The notes beneath the pieces are model-generated. The model searched no databases and had not been told where the DNA came from. It saw nothing but the letters and a program-made list of their open reading frames with translations. The translations under genes and the position numbers were made by a program. 64,000 nucleotides of DNA, taken from Acidobacteriota bacterium. Lineage in GTDB: Bacteria > Acidobacteriota > UBA6911 > RPQK01 > JADFOI01. Shown in pieces: positions 49,087 through 58,694 of the stretch. Where the stretch lies: positions 3,520,001 to 3,584,000 of the forward strand of contig OY760074.1 in the NCBI GenBank assembly GCA_963663035.1. The letters are read 5' to 3'. Numbering within the stretch: position 1 is the stretch's first letter; the number at the start of each line of letters is the position of its first letter.

Positions 49087-50128
49087 AACTGTAACTTTTC
49101 GAGGGTCTGACCCTTCTGAGTACCTACGGCGTCTTCCCAAGGCGGAATTGCACCTCCACCTGGAAGGATCGGTAACGCCCTCGAGCCTCCTCGAGTTCAG
49201 CCAGAAGTATCAGACGGAATACCGCTCGCTCAGTGAGGAAGAACTCGACCAACAGCTTTTCCAGTACCAGGATTTCTATGCCTTTCTCGAGACCTATCGA
49301 ATTGTCTGCGAGCATCTTCGAGAAGCGGACGACTATGTGCAGGTGCTCGACTGGCTGGGAGAATATTTCAGGGAGGAAAACATTGGTTATGCTGAGATCA
49401 TTTACACTCCTTCTATTCCCTGGAAGTTTGAAAGAGACGGAAAAGAGGTTCTCATTGCTCTTCTGGAGAAGAGCCGCGAGCTCGAGTCAAACCAGGGAAC
49501 TATTATTCGCTGGATTCTGGATTGCGTGCGTCAGTTTGGGCCCGAGCCAGCCCGGCGAACCGCTGAGCTGGCAGAGGAGTTTCAGGACCAGGGCGTCGTA
49601 GGAATAGGACTTGGCGGTGATGAGAACTCTCTTGAGATGGAGGTGTATAGGGAGATCTTTGCCTGGGCCAAGGCCCATCGGCTATTCCTTCATGTCCACG
49701 CCGGCGAAGTTGGCGACGCACAACAGGTGTGGGACGCTCTGCTCATCCTGGGAGCCAATCGTATTGGACACGGTATTCAGGCCGCCCGGGATGCAAAGCT
49801 GGTGGAATATCTGCGCCAGCACACGGTTGGCCTTGATGTCTGCCTGACCAGTAACCTCATGACGGGAGCCTGGACTCCCATCTCGGAGAATCCCTTTGGA
49901 ATGCTTTTCCAGCGAGGGGTGCCGGTCTCCTTGAATACCGACGACCCAGGGCTCTTCCAAACCTCTTTGACCGAAGAGTTCGAGAAGGCTGTCCGTTTCT
50001 TTCACCTAAATCAGGAAGAAGTTCACCGCATCGTCCTGCAGGGAGTTCACTCATCCTTCCTCCCGCACAAGGAAAAAATGGTCCTCATGAAGCGGTTTCA
50101 GGAAGAGATCCACCGCCTCTCGGCTTGA
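49070..50128 (+). CDS. add: Adenosine/adenine deaminase
   Basis: LPKAELHLHLEGS, HAGE, RIGHG and SLNTDDP motifs. Confidence 0.92.
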   Translation: MGSGPETVTFRGSDPSEYLRRLPKAELHLHLEGSVTPSSLLEFSQKYQTEYRSLSEEELDQQLFQYQDFYAFLETYRIVCEHLREADDYVQVLDWLGEYFREENIGYAEIIYTPSIPWKFERDGKEVLIALLEKSRELESNQGTIIRWILDCVRQFGPEPARRTAELAEEFQDQGVVGIGLGGDENSLEMEVYREIFAWAKAHRLFLHVHAGEVGDAQQVWDALLILGANRIGHGIQAARDAKLVEYLRQHTVGLDVCLTSNLMTGAWTPISENPFGMLFQRGVPVSLNTDDPGLFQTSLTEEFEKAVRFFHLNQEEVHRIVLQGVHSSFLPHKEKMVLMKRFQEEIHRLSA

Positions 50129-51278
50129 GGCGGACATGGGTTGCCATGGCCAGAACCTTTCGCCGCAGGGCCTGACTACGGGAGAGAGCTTTGATCGTCT
50201 GGCGGCCTAAAAAAGGATATTGGATGGCAGCAAGCAGCAGCTGGGCCAGTTTAAAGGAGGGCCGAAAGTAGCTCTCGCGCAACTGAGTGTATTCACAGAG
50301 ATCTTGCTCAGAAAGCCTGTCGTTAGCCAGTCGTTCCTTCACTACCAGGCAGGCCAGTTCTGCGTCCTTTAAGGCCAAGGTCATACCCTGTCCCGTCACT
50401 GGATCGACTGCTCCGGCGGCGTCTCCCACCAGAAGCAGGCGCTGTCCATGACAGCGTGAAATCTCAAGGCTCACAGCACCAGTGCTTTCCACTGTCCTTT
50501 GGGGATAGGGAGTCCTCAGCCGCTCACAGAGTTCCGGGAAGAGCGTCAAATTCTCGAAATAGAGATCCGCTAGTTGAGTCCCCGGTGAGCGGCGGACTGA
50601 TCCATAGAGGAGAAGGGTGATCCGAGCCGACCCATTGCCCATGGGGGCAACGTAGGCTTCTCCTTTCTTGCAGCAGTGGACCTCCACCACGCCTTGTGTG
50701 CCTTCCAGTTGGTCGTACAGAGTACGCAGAGCGAATCTTCGAGCGCGCCGCTTTCGGCGGTGAATTCCAAAGCCGTTGTGAAATCGCGAGCGGATGCCAT
50801 CGGCCCCTATGAGCAGCCTTGCAGTGTGGGTCTGTAACTGACCTTGAGAGAGGCCGGTCACCTCCACCTGCTGGGCTCCGGTTCGAACCGATAGCACGTT
50901 GAAGCCTTCACGCAGTTGGACTCCCGGTTCTTGTGCCGCGAATCGAGCCAGTCGTGCATCCAGAATCAGCCGGGGGAGAACCCAGCCTCGAGCTGTATTG
51001 GAAAGTTCACGAAAATTCAGATTCAGGCAGCGGTTCTGGGAAAAGTGGAAGTGGATACCAGAGAAGGCTTGCCCTCCTTCGCCCTGCAATTCGGAGAGTA
51101 TTCCCAGCTTGTGCAGGATGTCTGCCCCGGCCGGCATGAGACCCTCTCCACATATCTTTTCTCGGGGGAAGGTGGCCCGTTCAACCAGAAGAACATCAGA
51201 ACCCTGTTGAGCCAGCAAGGCTGCGGTCGTGGAACCGGCCACACCGGCCCCCGCAACGATCACATCAAAATGGGCCAT
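50085..51278 (-). CDS. FAD-dependent oxidoreductase (geranylgeranyl reductase/monooxygenase-like)
   Basis: GAGVAG, FPREKICGEG, GADG and VGDAAG.VDP.TGQG motifs. Confidence 0.9.
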   Translation of the reverse strand: MAHFDVIVAGAGVAGSTTAALLAQQGSDVLLVERATFPREKICGEGLMPAGADILHKLGILSELQGEGGQAFSGIHFHFSQNRCLNLNFRELSNTARGWVLPRLILDARLARFAAQEPGVQLREGFNVLSVRTGAQQVEVTGLSQGQLQTHTARLLIGADGIRSRFHNGFGIHRRKRRARRFALRTLYDQLEGTQGVVEVHCCKKGEAYVAPMGNGSARITLLLYGSVRRSPGTQLADLYFENLTLFPELCERLRTPYPQRTVESTGAVSLEISRCHGQRLLLVGDAAGAVDPVTGQGMTLALKDAELACLVVKERLANDRLSEQDLCEYTQLRESYFRPSFKLAQLLLAAIQYPFLGRQTIKALSRSQALRRKVLAMATHVRLKPRGGGSLPETAS

Positions 51279-51389
51279 GTTGCCTCTCTTTGTCTGCCAG
51301 GGAGGATAGCATGCAGGAAAAATTGCCGCCCTGCACTTTTGAACAACGCGGATGCGTCTAGTAAAGTGAGAGAGAAGAGGAAGCTCAGC

Positions 51390-51479
51390 GGAGGAGTGGC
51401 CGAGTGGTTGAAGGCGGCGGTCTTGAAAACCGCTGTACTCGTAAGGGTACCGTGGGTTCGAATCCTACCTCCTCCGCCA
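51390..51479 (+). tRNA. tRNA-Ser (TGA)
   Basis: GGAGGAGTGGCCGAGTGG, GCGGT-CTTGAAA-ACCGC, long variable arm, GTTCGAATCCTACCTCCTCCGCCA. Confidence 0.97.
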
Positions 51480-51549
51480 AAACCCGTTTAGATTCAACCC
51501 CTCCGCGCCGATCTCAATTCGCTTTGGAAAATCCAGTCTTCTGCGCTGC

Positions 51550-51844
51550 TCAAGGTAGAGAGGCGATGATGTTCTTGTATTCCTCTTCTTTGAAAGCCCG
51601 AAGGGTTTCGACCTGTACGTTGCCCAAAGACCTGAGAGAGAGTGAGATGTTGGCACCGCTTTCGTCATCGGGTACTTCGATGACAGTCACCATGTCATAA
51701 GCTCCCAGCGTCATGTGAAAGCTTTTCACCTCACCCTCAGCTGGCCTCCACGGTCTCCTTGAAATTCTGGAGTCGAGAGGGACTCTCCCCGAGGTGCTCA
51801 ATACCTTTATCTGTCCACTTTGGCAGTATGACGAAAGTTGCCAT
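51550..51844 (-). pseudogene. GYD-domain protein, frameshifted
   Basis: Frame from ATG 51844 gives MATFVILPKWTDKGIEHLGESPSRL...VEAS*; the GEVKSFHMTLGAYD...GNVQVETLRAF half is in another frame; shift near 51742. Confidence 0.75.
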
Positions 51845-52156
51845 GCCATAGCCTCCTTTAAACCGTTCTTGTTTTAGATAACTGAAGGATCGATCTGGAT
51901 GGGGAGCTTAGCAAAGCCGTTGCCAATCTGCCACCTTGCGCTGAAAGTTTTCCAATAGACTTTTTGCAAGCGGCGGGAGCGTCTGAGCCTCCACTGGTAA
52001 TCGGGGAGGCTATCAGCCTATTAACCTCGGTGCCTTTCTTAATGCAGCTCTTGGTGTGGCTATGGGAGGCATTCTGACAGCCTGGCCTTTAGAGCAAAGC
52101 AAGTTTATCATTGGTGCAGAGGCAATGCATCCAATCTCTTCAATAGGAGGTGTCTT

Positions 52157-52708
52157 ATGCCAGCCAGAATGATTATCGCCATGTTGGCGGCACTGCTAAT
52201 TCCAATCTCTGCTTACCCTCAGGACGTTAATTCACAGTTGATTGAAGCGGCGAAGAGAGGTGACACGGTCAGTATAAAGGCCCTGCTCGAGGCGGGAGCC
52301 GACGTGAACGCTGAAGATGGCGACGGCGCGACAGCCTTGATATTGGCGGCACAAAAAGGTCACGCTGAACCCGCTCAGGCCCTGCTTACTGCCGGGGCCG
52401 ACGTGAGCGCGTGGGATAGGTTGTACGAAACGACGGCTTTAGGGTGGGCGGCAGAAGGAGGTCACAGGGAAACCGTTCAGGCCTTGCTCGATGCCGGGGC
52501 CGACGTGAACGCGAAGGATGGCTACGGAGAGACGGGCTTGATGTCGGCGGCACGAAACAATCACAGGGAAACCGTTCAGGCCCTGCTCAATGCCGGGGCC
52601 GTCGTGAACGCGAAGGGTGAGGACGGCAAAACGGCGTTGATGACTGTCGAGGAGTTGGGTCACGCCGAAATCGTCGAGATGCTCAAGAAGGCGGGGGCGA
52701 AGGAATAG
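52157..52708 (+). CDS. Secreted ankyrin-repeat protein
   Basis: Signal peptide; about five G.TAL..AA..GH...V.ALL.AGADVN repeats; AGGAGG RBS. Confidence 0.93.
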   Translation: MPARMIIAMLAALLIPISAYPQDVNSQLIEAAKRGDTVSIKALLEAGADVNAEDGDGATALILAAQKGHAEPAQALLTAGADVSAWDRLYETTALGWAAEGGHRETVQALLDAGADVNAKDGYGETGLMSAARNNHRETVQALLNAGAVVNAKGEDGKTALMTVEELGHAEIVEMLKKAGAKE

Positions 52709-52845
52709 CCTCCGTGACGACCCTCGGACCTGCTGCTGCGGATGAACTTGGAGCCGTGAGCGTCTGAGCCTCCACCTACGTCAGGCATTGTTTTTTGCCC
52801 TCCAGCACTGTAATATCTCTGGCAAATCACTCTGGTAGGGACAAG

Positions 52846-52986
52846 ATGAACTTTTTGGTGGCAATAGGTCTAGTTCTAAGCCTCATCGTTGTGGGCTTTC
52901 TCAATTCCGGTGGCCTGGATTATCTCCTGGTCAAATGGAACTCGCCGAAGACAACAGAAGAGGATGATCCACGTGAGGAAGACTAG
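52846..52986 (+). CDS. Small single-TM peptide
   Basis: MNFLVAIGLVLSLIVVGF... short ORF; weak support. Confidence 0.35.
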   Translation: MNFLVAIGLVLSLIVVGFLNSGGLDYLLVKWNSPKTTEEDDPREED

Positions 52987-53080
52987 GTGAGCAGCCGGTA
53001 AGGGCCTGTTGGGCTAATCGGGGTCGGTTCGCGTCCCGCTCGGGGAGACAATACCGGCGGGTTCATGACCCAACGGCTTG

Positions 53081-53515
53081 TTATGGTTTTGAAAGTTCAC
53101 ACGCTGTTGAGACGGATAATGTCTCAGAAATTGTAGTAACACAACTATATTTCTCTCCCTTCGTCTGAAAGGAGTGGTGCAACTCGCTGTCTTTCCACAA
53201 CAGAAAACCAATTTCACCGCACCATGATTCTGCCGGGTCTGGACAAACCTTCAGACCACCTTCAATATCAATTCGCTGGCGAAGGAGTAGGACCTGGCTC
53301 CCCGCACCTTTAGTGAAGTCTATGACTTCAACCTCCAGGTGCGGCCAAGTTTTTCCCCAAGACAGGACAGCTCTCCGGAACATATTATGACGACCTGGGA
53401 TACTGTTGGAGACAACTGTTTGAATACCCCAGCCGACGGCTGGTTCCTCCTCGCCTCGTGCAGGCCCAGCGAACCAAAGTGCGAGAGCTATTGAAATAAG
53501 TAGTGTCCCCACCAT
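53081..53515 (-). CDS. Hypothetical exported protein
   Basis: Signal-peptide-like N-terminus; AGGTGG upstream. Confidence 0.55.
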   Translation of the reverse strand: MVGTLLISIALALWFAGPARGEEEPAVGWGIQTVVSNSIPGRHNMFRRAVLSWGKTWPHLEVEVIDFTKGAGSQVLLLRQRIDIEGGLKVCPDPAESWCGEIGFLLWKDSELHHSFQTKGEKYSCVTTISETLSVSTACELSKP

Positions 53516-53671
53516 ACCACCTGCCCTTCATGAACCATGAAAAGGTTTATTCGGACCAGCATAGTATCCTCCGCATATGACGCAAGAAGAACCTGCCCCA
53601 CAGCCTGAATATTTTTCAAAAGTTATTGTGGGCGGCAGGAGTCACAGGCGAACCTCTTCGTTCAAAGTTCA

Positions 53672-53879
53672 ATCCAATACAACTGTACCATCACCCCTCT
53701 ATTCCGACCCCTTTCGAGTAATCATTCAGCTTCGCGAGCAACTCGTCGAAGTCGTCATACTGGTAGCTAAGCGGGAAAGGGACTTAAGGCTCATTGTTCG
53801 CAACAAACTCCTCTACGCAATCAATGCATGTCTCTCTGAGGTCTGAACGCGGTAGGACTAGAGATACTTTGTTCTTCAT
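53672..53879 (-). pseudogene. Probable GNAT acetyltransferase N-terminal remnant
   Basis: MKNKVSLVLP...VEEFVANNEP*VPFPLSYQYDDFDELLAKLNDYSKGVGI with an in-frame stop; resemblance judged by eye. Confidence 0.45.
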
Positions 53880-54064
53880 GTTGTGGCTTGATGATGATAC
53901 TGCTTGGCATCGCCTGCAAGTTGCTTTGCCTGCAGGTTAGCCTGCCCTGAGAAGGCTTCAAAAGTTTTGCGTGCAGCATGCGGCACCTGATGTTGGCGCT
54001 GGAGGAGTTCGACGCGCTCGGCTCATTCTCGCCCCACGCCTACCTTGCATCCAGCAATTAATCG

Positions 54065-54703
54065 TCATTGAGAAGCAAGAATGGTGGGGAGTTCCTGTAC
54101 CGAGTCTAATACTTTCCAGGCCTTTGAAAAGTCTTGTGATGATGTGAGGCGATTCTTGACAATGATGCAGTCTAGTCCAGCAGCATGGGCCGCCTGAAGA
54201 CCTCTCGCAGAATCTTCGATAGCGATTGCCTGAGCAGGGTCAGCATCGAATCGCCGTAGTGCCTCTAGATAGGGGTCTGGATGAGGTTTGGAATTGGCGT
54301 AATCTTCTCTCGTAATGGTGAACTCGATGTAATCAAGCATCTTTCTTGATTGGTGTATGAGATCAAAATCCTCTCGTCTGGCAGTTGTGACAATCGCCAT
54401 TCTGTATGTGCGTCCGAGCTCTATGAGTACATCCAGGACCCCATCGATTTCTAAACTCTCAGTCTGAAGATACTCTTGATACTGGAGGTTCCTTTGCGTT
54501 TTCTGGGAGGAAATTTCTTGCTCGGAGGTGCCCTTGTTGCGCGCCAGATCCCAGCATGGGCGACCTTCCGCCATAAACTCAAGATATGTCATTTCGTTGA
54601 GGCTGACACCGAGCGGAGCCAGTGCTTCGCGTGTAGCGGCGAAATACCACTTCTCAGTGTCTACCAGCACACCATCGTTATCCCAGAGGACGAATGTTCG
54701 CAT
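54065..54703 (-). CDS. HAD-family phosphatase
   Basis: WDNDGVLVDTE, IVTT, KPHPDPY and IEDS motifs; start MRTF at 54703. Confidence 0.9.
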   Translation of the reverse strand: MRTFVLWDNDGVLVDTEKWYFAATREALAPLGVSLNEMTYLEFMAEGRPCWDLARNKGTSEQEISSQKTQRNLQYQEYLQTESLEIDGVLDVLIELGRTYRMAIVTTARREDFDLIHQSRKMLDYIEFTITREDYANSKPHPDPYLEALRRFDADPAQAIAIEDSARGLQAAHAAGLDCIIVKNRLTSSQDFSKAWKVLDSVQELPTILASQ

Positions 54704-54809
54704 CCTTTTCAAGCCTACATTTTGAACACACAGTCTAACAGCTTGAACTTCGCGAATCATGAGCCATAGCCTTATGCCTCTTCCACTCTTCGTTCTGGCT
54801 ACAAGTGTC

Positions 54810-54837
54810 TTGACACAAGTGTGGCGCGTGCTATTCT
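54810..54837 (+). promoter_or_regulatory. Sigma70 promoter with extended -10
   Basis: TTGACA-N16-TATTCT with TG upstream of the -10; overlapped by ACAAGTGT direct repeats. Confidence 0.7.
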
Positions 54838-54845
54838 AGGGAGTC

Positions 54846-54920
54846 ATGAAGATCACGGCCCACCACTACAGTTGGATTGTTACTCTTCTAAAGCAGACAG
54901 GAGAATGCCCAGGGCCTTAG
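54846..54920 (+). CDS. Putative attenuator leader peptide MKITAHHYSWIVTLLKQTGECPGP
   Basis: 24-codon uORF between promoter and terminator; ATT GTT ACT CTT CTA run; 3' end is complementary to the terminator 5' arm. Confidence 0.65.
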   Translation: MKITAHHYSWIVTLLKQTGECPGP

Positions 54921-54944
54921 TCACGCTGCTTGCATAGCTAACCT

Positions 54945-54976
54945 AAAAAGGCCCGATTATTCGGGCCTTTTTTTTT
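54945..54976 (+). terminator. Intrinsic terminator within the leader (attenuator)
   Basis: AAAAAGGCCCGA-TTAT-TCGGGCC-T9, about 30 nt upstream of the methyltransferase start. Confidence 0.9.
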
Positions 54977-55008
54977 GCCCAAACAACAAAGAGGTAAGGG
55001 TAAACGCC

Positions 55009-55695
55009 ATGGAAAAAGTCAAAGAGCACTTCGAAGATGAAGCCCACAAATTTGATCAGATTATTCGACAACTCACTCCCTACTACGATGAAATGCTGGA
55101 TGCTCTCATTCTTGCTCTTTCCTTTAGTGTGTCCGGGGCAACTCAGGTGATTGATCTCGGTTGTGGCACAGGCACGGTGGCGAGACGAATCAAAGAGACT
55201 TTCCCAAACGCAAGTTTCACCTGTGTTGATATAGCTGAAAACATGCTCGCAATGGCGAAGAGAAAGCTAGGAACTAACGCTCGATATCAGCTTGCTGACT
55301 TTAGAAGCTATGAGTTCGATGGGACTTACGATCTCGTTGTGTCGTCTCTGGCTCTGCATCATCTGGAAACAGATAAAGAGAAGAAGATCTTCTATGGAAA
55401 AATCTTCAATAGCTTAGCTCCGGGAGGCGCTTTCTTTAACGCTGATGTCATTCTAGCTTCAAGCAGTCGTGTTCAGGAAGGATACATGAAGAAGTGGAAG
55501 GACTTCATGCGCAAGCGGGTGTCGGATGATGAAATTGAGAGTAAGTGGATTCCGATTCATCACGAGGAAGACCGACCAGCAAGACTTACAGCACAGCTGT
55601 CCTGGCTCTGCGACATTGGTTTTACTGAAGTCGATGTCGTCTGGAAGTATTACAACTTTGCAGTTTACGGAGGCAGAAAGGGATTAGGAAAATGA
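55009..55695 (+). CDS. Class I SAM-dependent methyltransferase
   Basis: IDLGCGTG, VDIAENML, YDLVVSSLALHH and LAPGG motifs. Confidence 0.92.
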   Translation: MEKVKEHFEDEAHKFDQIIRQLTPYYDEMLDALILALSFSVSGATQVIDLGCGTGTVARRIKETFPNASFTCVDIAENMLAMAKRKLGTNARYQLADFRSYEFDGTYDLVVSSLALHHLETDKEKKIFYGKIFNSLAPGGAFFNADVILASSSRVQEGYMKKWKDFMRKRVSDDEIESKWIPIHHEEDRPARLTAQLSWLCDIGFTEVDVVWKYYNFAVYGGRKGLGK

Positions 55696-56249
55696 ACTCA
55701 ATTAGGCACTTGAATTTAGACCAACTGAATGAGGGGTTGTCTGAGATTCGCCAATCACCTAAAGACGATGGTGTCCTGAAGGCCATTGTTTTTCGCCCAG
55801 AGGAGAACCAGCGAAGCTCCCCGACTCAATGCCAGCTCAGCCCGGAGCTTGGACTAGCGGGGGATCGCTGGGCAAAGGGTTGTTGGCTCTCATTGCCAGA
55901 TGGAAGCCCACATCCTGAAGTCCAGGTCACGATCATGAATGTACGGTCAATTGCTTTAATTGCCCAGCAGGCAGGCCGCTGGTCCCTTGCTGGGGATAAC
56001 CTCTACGTCGATTTGGATCTCAGTGATGAGAACCTTCCCTGCGGTCAACGCCTGTCCGTTGGTTCAGTTGTCCTGGAGGTTACTGAGAGGCCTCACACTG
56101 GGTGCAGCAAGTTTGCCCAGCGGTTTGGAAAAGCCGCCATGAAGTTCGTTAATTCTGCAGAAGGAATCAGACTGCATCTTAGGGGGATCTACGCCAGGAT
56201 TGTTCAGGCCGGCACTGTCAGCATTGGTGACAAGGTCAGAAAGATCTGA
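55692..56249 (+). CDS. MOSC-domain protein
   Basis: GLAGDRW, GDNLYVD, PHTGCSKF and RGIYARIV..G.V..GD motifs; ATGA overlap with the methyltransferase. Confidence 0.88.
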   Translation: MNSIRHLNLDQLNEGLSEIRQSPKDDGVLKAIVFRPEENQRSSPTQCQLSPELGLAGDRWAKGCWLSLPDGSPHPEVQVTIMNVRSIALIAQQAGRWSLAGDNLYVDLDLSDENLPCGQRLSVGSVVLEVTERPHTGCSKFAQRFGKAAMKFVNSAEGIRLHLRGIYARIVQAGTVSIGDKVRKI

Positions 56250-56338
56250 TGTAGAGAAGCTTGTCACTGGTTCTTCTTAAGTGCACACCAATAGTTTAGT
56301 GAGTGAGCTGGAAAATCTAAGAGGCAAGAAAGAGAGAC

Positions 56339-57277
56339 ATGTACTCCAATATAGGCAAGGTGTATCTCTTCCGCTTTTTCAAGGAAATTCACTTCTTCGG
56401 GGCGGTAGGCGTACCCTTCTTTCTGGACTGGCTGCAGGTAAGTTATACGCAGATATTTCTGCTGCAAGCGTGGTTTTCCGGCTGGGTCTTTCTGCTGGAG
56501 ATTCCTACCGGGGTTGTGGCAGACAAGCATGGGCGAAAGATATCCCTTCTTCTCGGCGTCTTGAGTATGTTCTCCGCCTGGTTGCTCTTTGGATTAGTGA
56601 GGAACTATTATGCGCTGTATTTCGCTGAGTTCGTAGCTGCAGCAGGGTTCGCCCTCGTTTCCGGAGCGGACAGGGCACTGCTATATGACTCCCTGCTAGA
56701 AGAGGACAAGAAGGACAAGAAGCTGTATCTCTCCCGGTATGAGGCAGCAGCTACCTTGGCGACGTTGGTCGGGTTTCCCGTTGGCTCAGCTATCGCGAAT
56801 TCTTCAATTCTCGAGTATCCTGCCACACTCCCTCTAACTTTTCTTCTTACCGCAGCGACAGCTTTGGTTGCAGCCGTTATTACCTGTACTTTGAGAGAGC
56901 CGAAACGAAAGACACTTCAAGAGAAGCCGTTACAAGCAGGCATTGAAGGGTTCAAGTTTATCTTCAGAGAGCAACGCTTGCGTCCGTTTGCACTGAACTC
57001 CGTTATTATCGGTGCACTGACTTTCTTTATCTTCTGGTTTTATCAACCGATTCTGGGAGAAGCCAAGGTGTCACTGCGATATTATGGACTGGTGGCCGCA
57101 GGTTTCAATCTGCTTGGATTTCTCTTACTCCTTAACCTCAGGAGAGTCGAAAACTACTTCTCGATGGAGAGCATCTTGCTCTATACCGCTCTCATCCCAG
57201 GGATACTGCTGGTTGGAATGGCTGTATTCAACAATGCTCTGTTTGTCATTTTTGCCATTATCGGAGCTGGCGGGTGA
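56339..57277 (+). pseudogene. MFS transporter, 3'-truncated by IS3
   Basis: LEIPTG.VADK.GRK.S and SGAD.ALLYDSL motifs; the stop TGA is the first three bases of the IS. Confidence 0.85.
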
Positions 57278-58541
57278 CCTGCCCCCACGAACGAGTCCAC
57301 CCTCTATGCTAGACCCGGGACCATTTGAAGTCCACTCCAAGGGATTGGATCCAGTGCCTGCGACCTAGGTAGTTTGGCCTCTGGCGCCGGCGGCCGATAG
57401 GCCAAGGCGCTGTGAGGCCGGATCTGATTGTAATCCCTCCGCCAGCGTTCTACCAACACCTTGGCTTCCCCCAGCGTGTCGAAGATCTCCATGTTCAGCA
57501 GCTCATCCCGTAGTTTCCCGTTGAAACTCTCAATGTACCCATTCTCCCAGGGGCTGCCCGGCTCGATGTACAAGGTCCTTACCCCAACAGCCTGCAGCCA
57601 GTCCCGGACCGCCTGTGCCGTAAACTCCGATCCGTTATCGGACCGGATAAACTCAGGCACTCCCCGATCAACGAATAACTCCGCCAGCCGGTCCAACACG
57701 TCTTGGTGATTCATCTGCCGTTTCACATCAATGGCGAGGCACTCTCTGGTGTACTCATCCAGGATCGTCAATAGCCGAAAGGCTCGCCCATCATGGGTCC
57801 GTTCATGCACGAAATCATAGCTCCAGACGTGGTTCTTGCGAGCCGCTCGTAACCGAACACAGGAACCGTCATTAAGCCACAGCCTCCTTCGTTTCGGCTG
57901 TCTGGACGGGACTTTCAGCCCTTCTTGTCTCCACAGCCTCTCCACCCGCTTAGGATTCACCTTCCACCCTTCCCCATGAAGTATCGCCGTGACCCGCCGG
58001 TAGCCATAACGCCCGTATTGCGTAGCCAACTCCACCATCCGGGCCACCAATCGGGCCTCATCATCGGGAATTTGCCTTTCCCTTCGCTGGGTCGATCGAA
58101 CCTGTCCCAGCACTTGGCAGGCCCGACGTTCGGAGACTCGCTCTGCTCCTAATCGCTCTCGTACCCACATCACCGCTCGTCTCCTGTTCGCCGGGCCTAG
58201 AAGTTTCCCGAGGACACTTCCTTCAGGATCTGCTTATCCAAAGACAGATCCGCCACCAGCTTCTTCAACCGGGTATTCTCCTTCTCCAACACCTTCAACC
58301 TCTTGGCCTGGTCCAACCGGAGCCCTCCGTACTCTTTGCGCCACCGGTAGTAGGTCTGCTCGCTCACCCCCATCTGCTTCGACACCTGTCCCACCCTCTG
58401 TCCTTGGGCCAGACCCACCTCTGCCTCACGCAGCTTCATGATGATCTGTTCTGCCCTAAACCGCTTCCCTGCCATCCTTGCCTCCTTCCTAAACCGGAAA
58501 TCCTAACATTCAAACTGGACTCGTTTTAGGGGGCAAGGTCA
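57275..58541 (-). mobile_element. IS3-family insertion sequence, copy 2 (orfA 58197-58475, orfB from 57304)
   Basis: Same termini and length as copy 1; two substitutions noticed (58236 and 58265); no target duplication. Confidence 0.95.
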
Positions 58542-58543
58542 CA

Positions 58544-58636
58544 GCTGGTGTTGACCATAAGTTTGTTGACTTTACGGATGATTTCTCAACCTGGGTATTT
58601 TTTTATGGACCTGAGGGAGGAGAGAAGGAACAGTGA
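58544..58636 (+). pseudogene. C-terminal fragment of a cupin-domain protein
   Basis: AGVDHKFVDFTDDFSTWVFFYGPEGGEKEQ*, cupin motif-2-like, starting right at the IS end. Confidence 0.65.
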
Positions 58637-58694
58637 TGGTCTCTTCCATAGCCCTTGATCGCCTGACCAGGCTGTTAGGCACTGTCCTTACCAA

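Noticed and set aside
371-58541. Composite transposon carrying the 56 kb interval
   Set aside because: Outer flanks share no target duplication and the cargo is core housekeeping genes.
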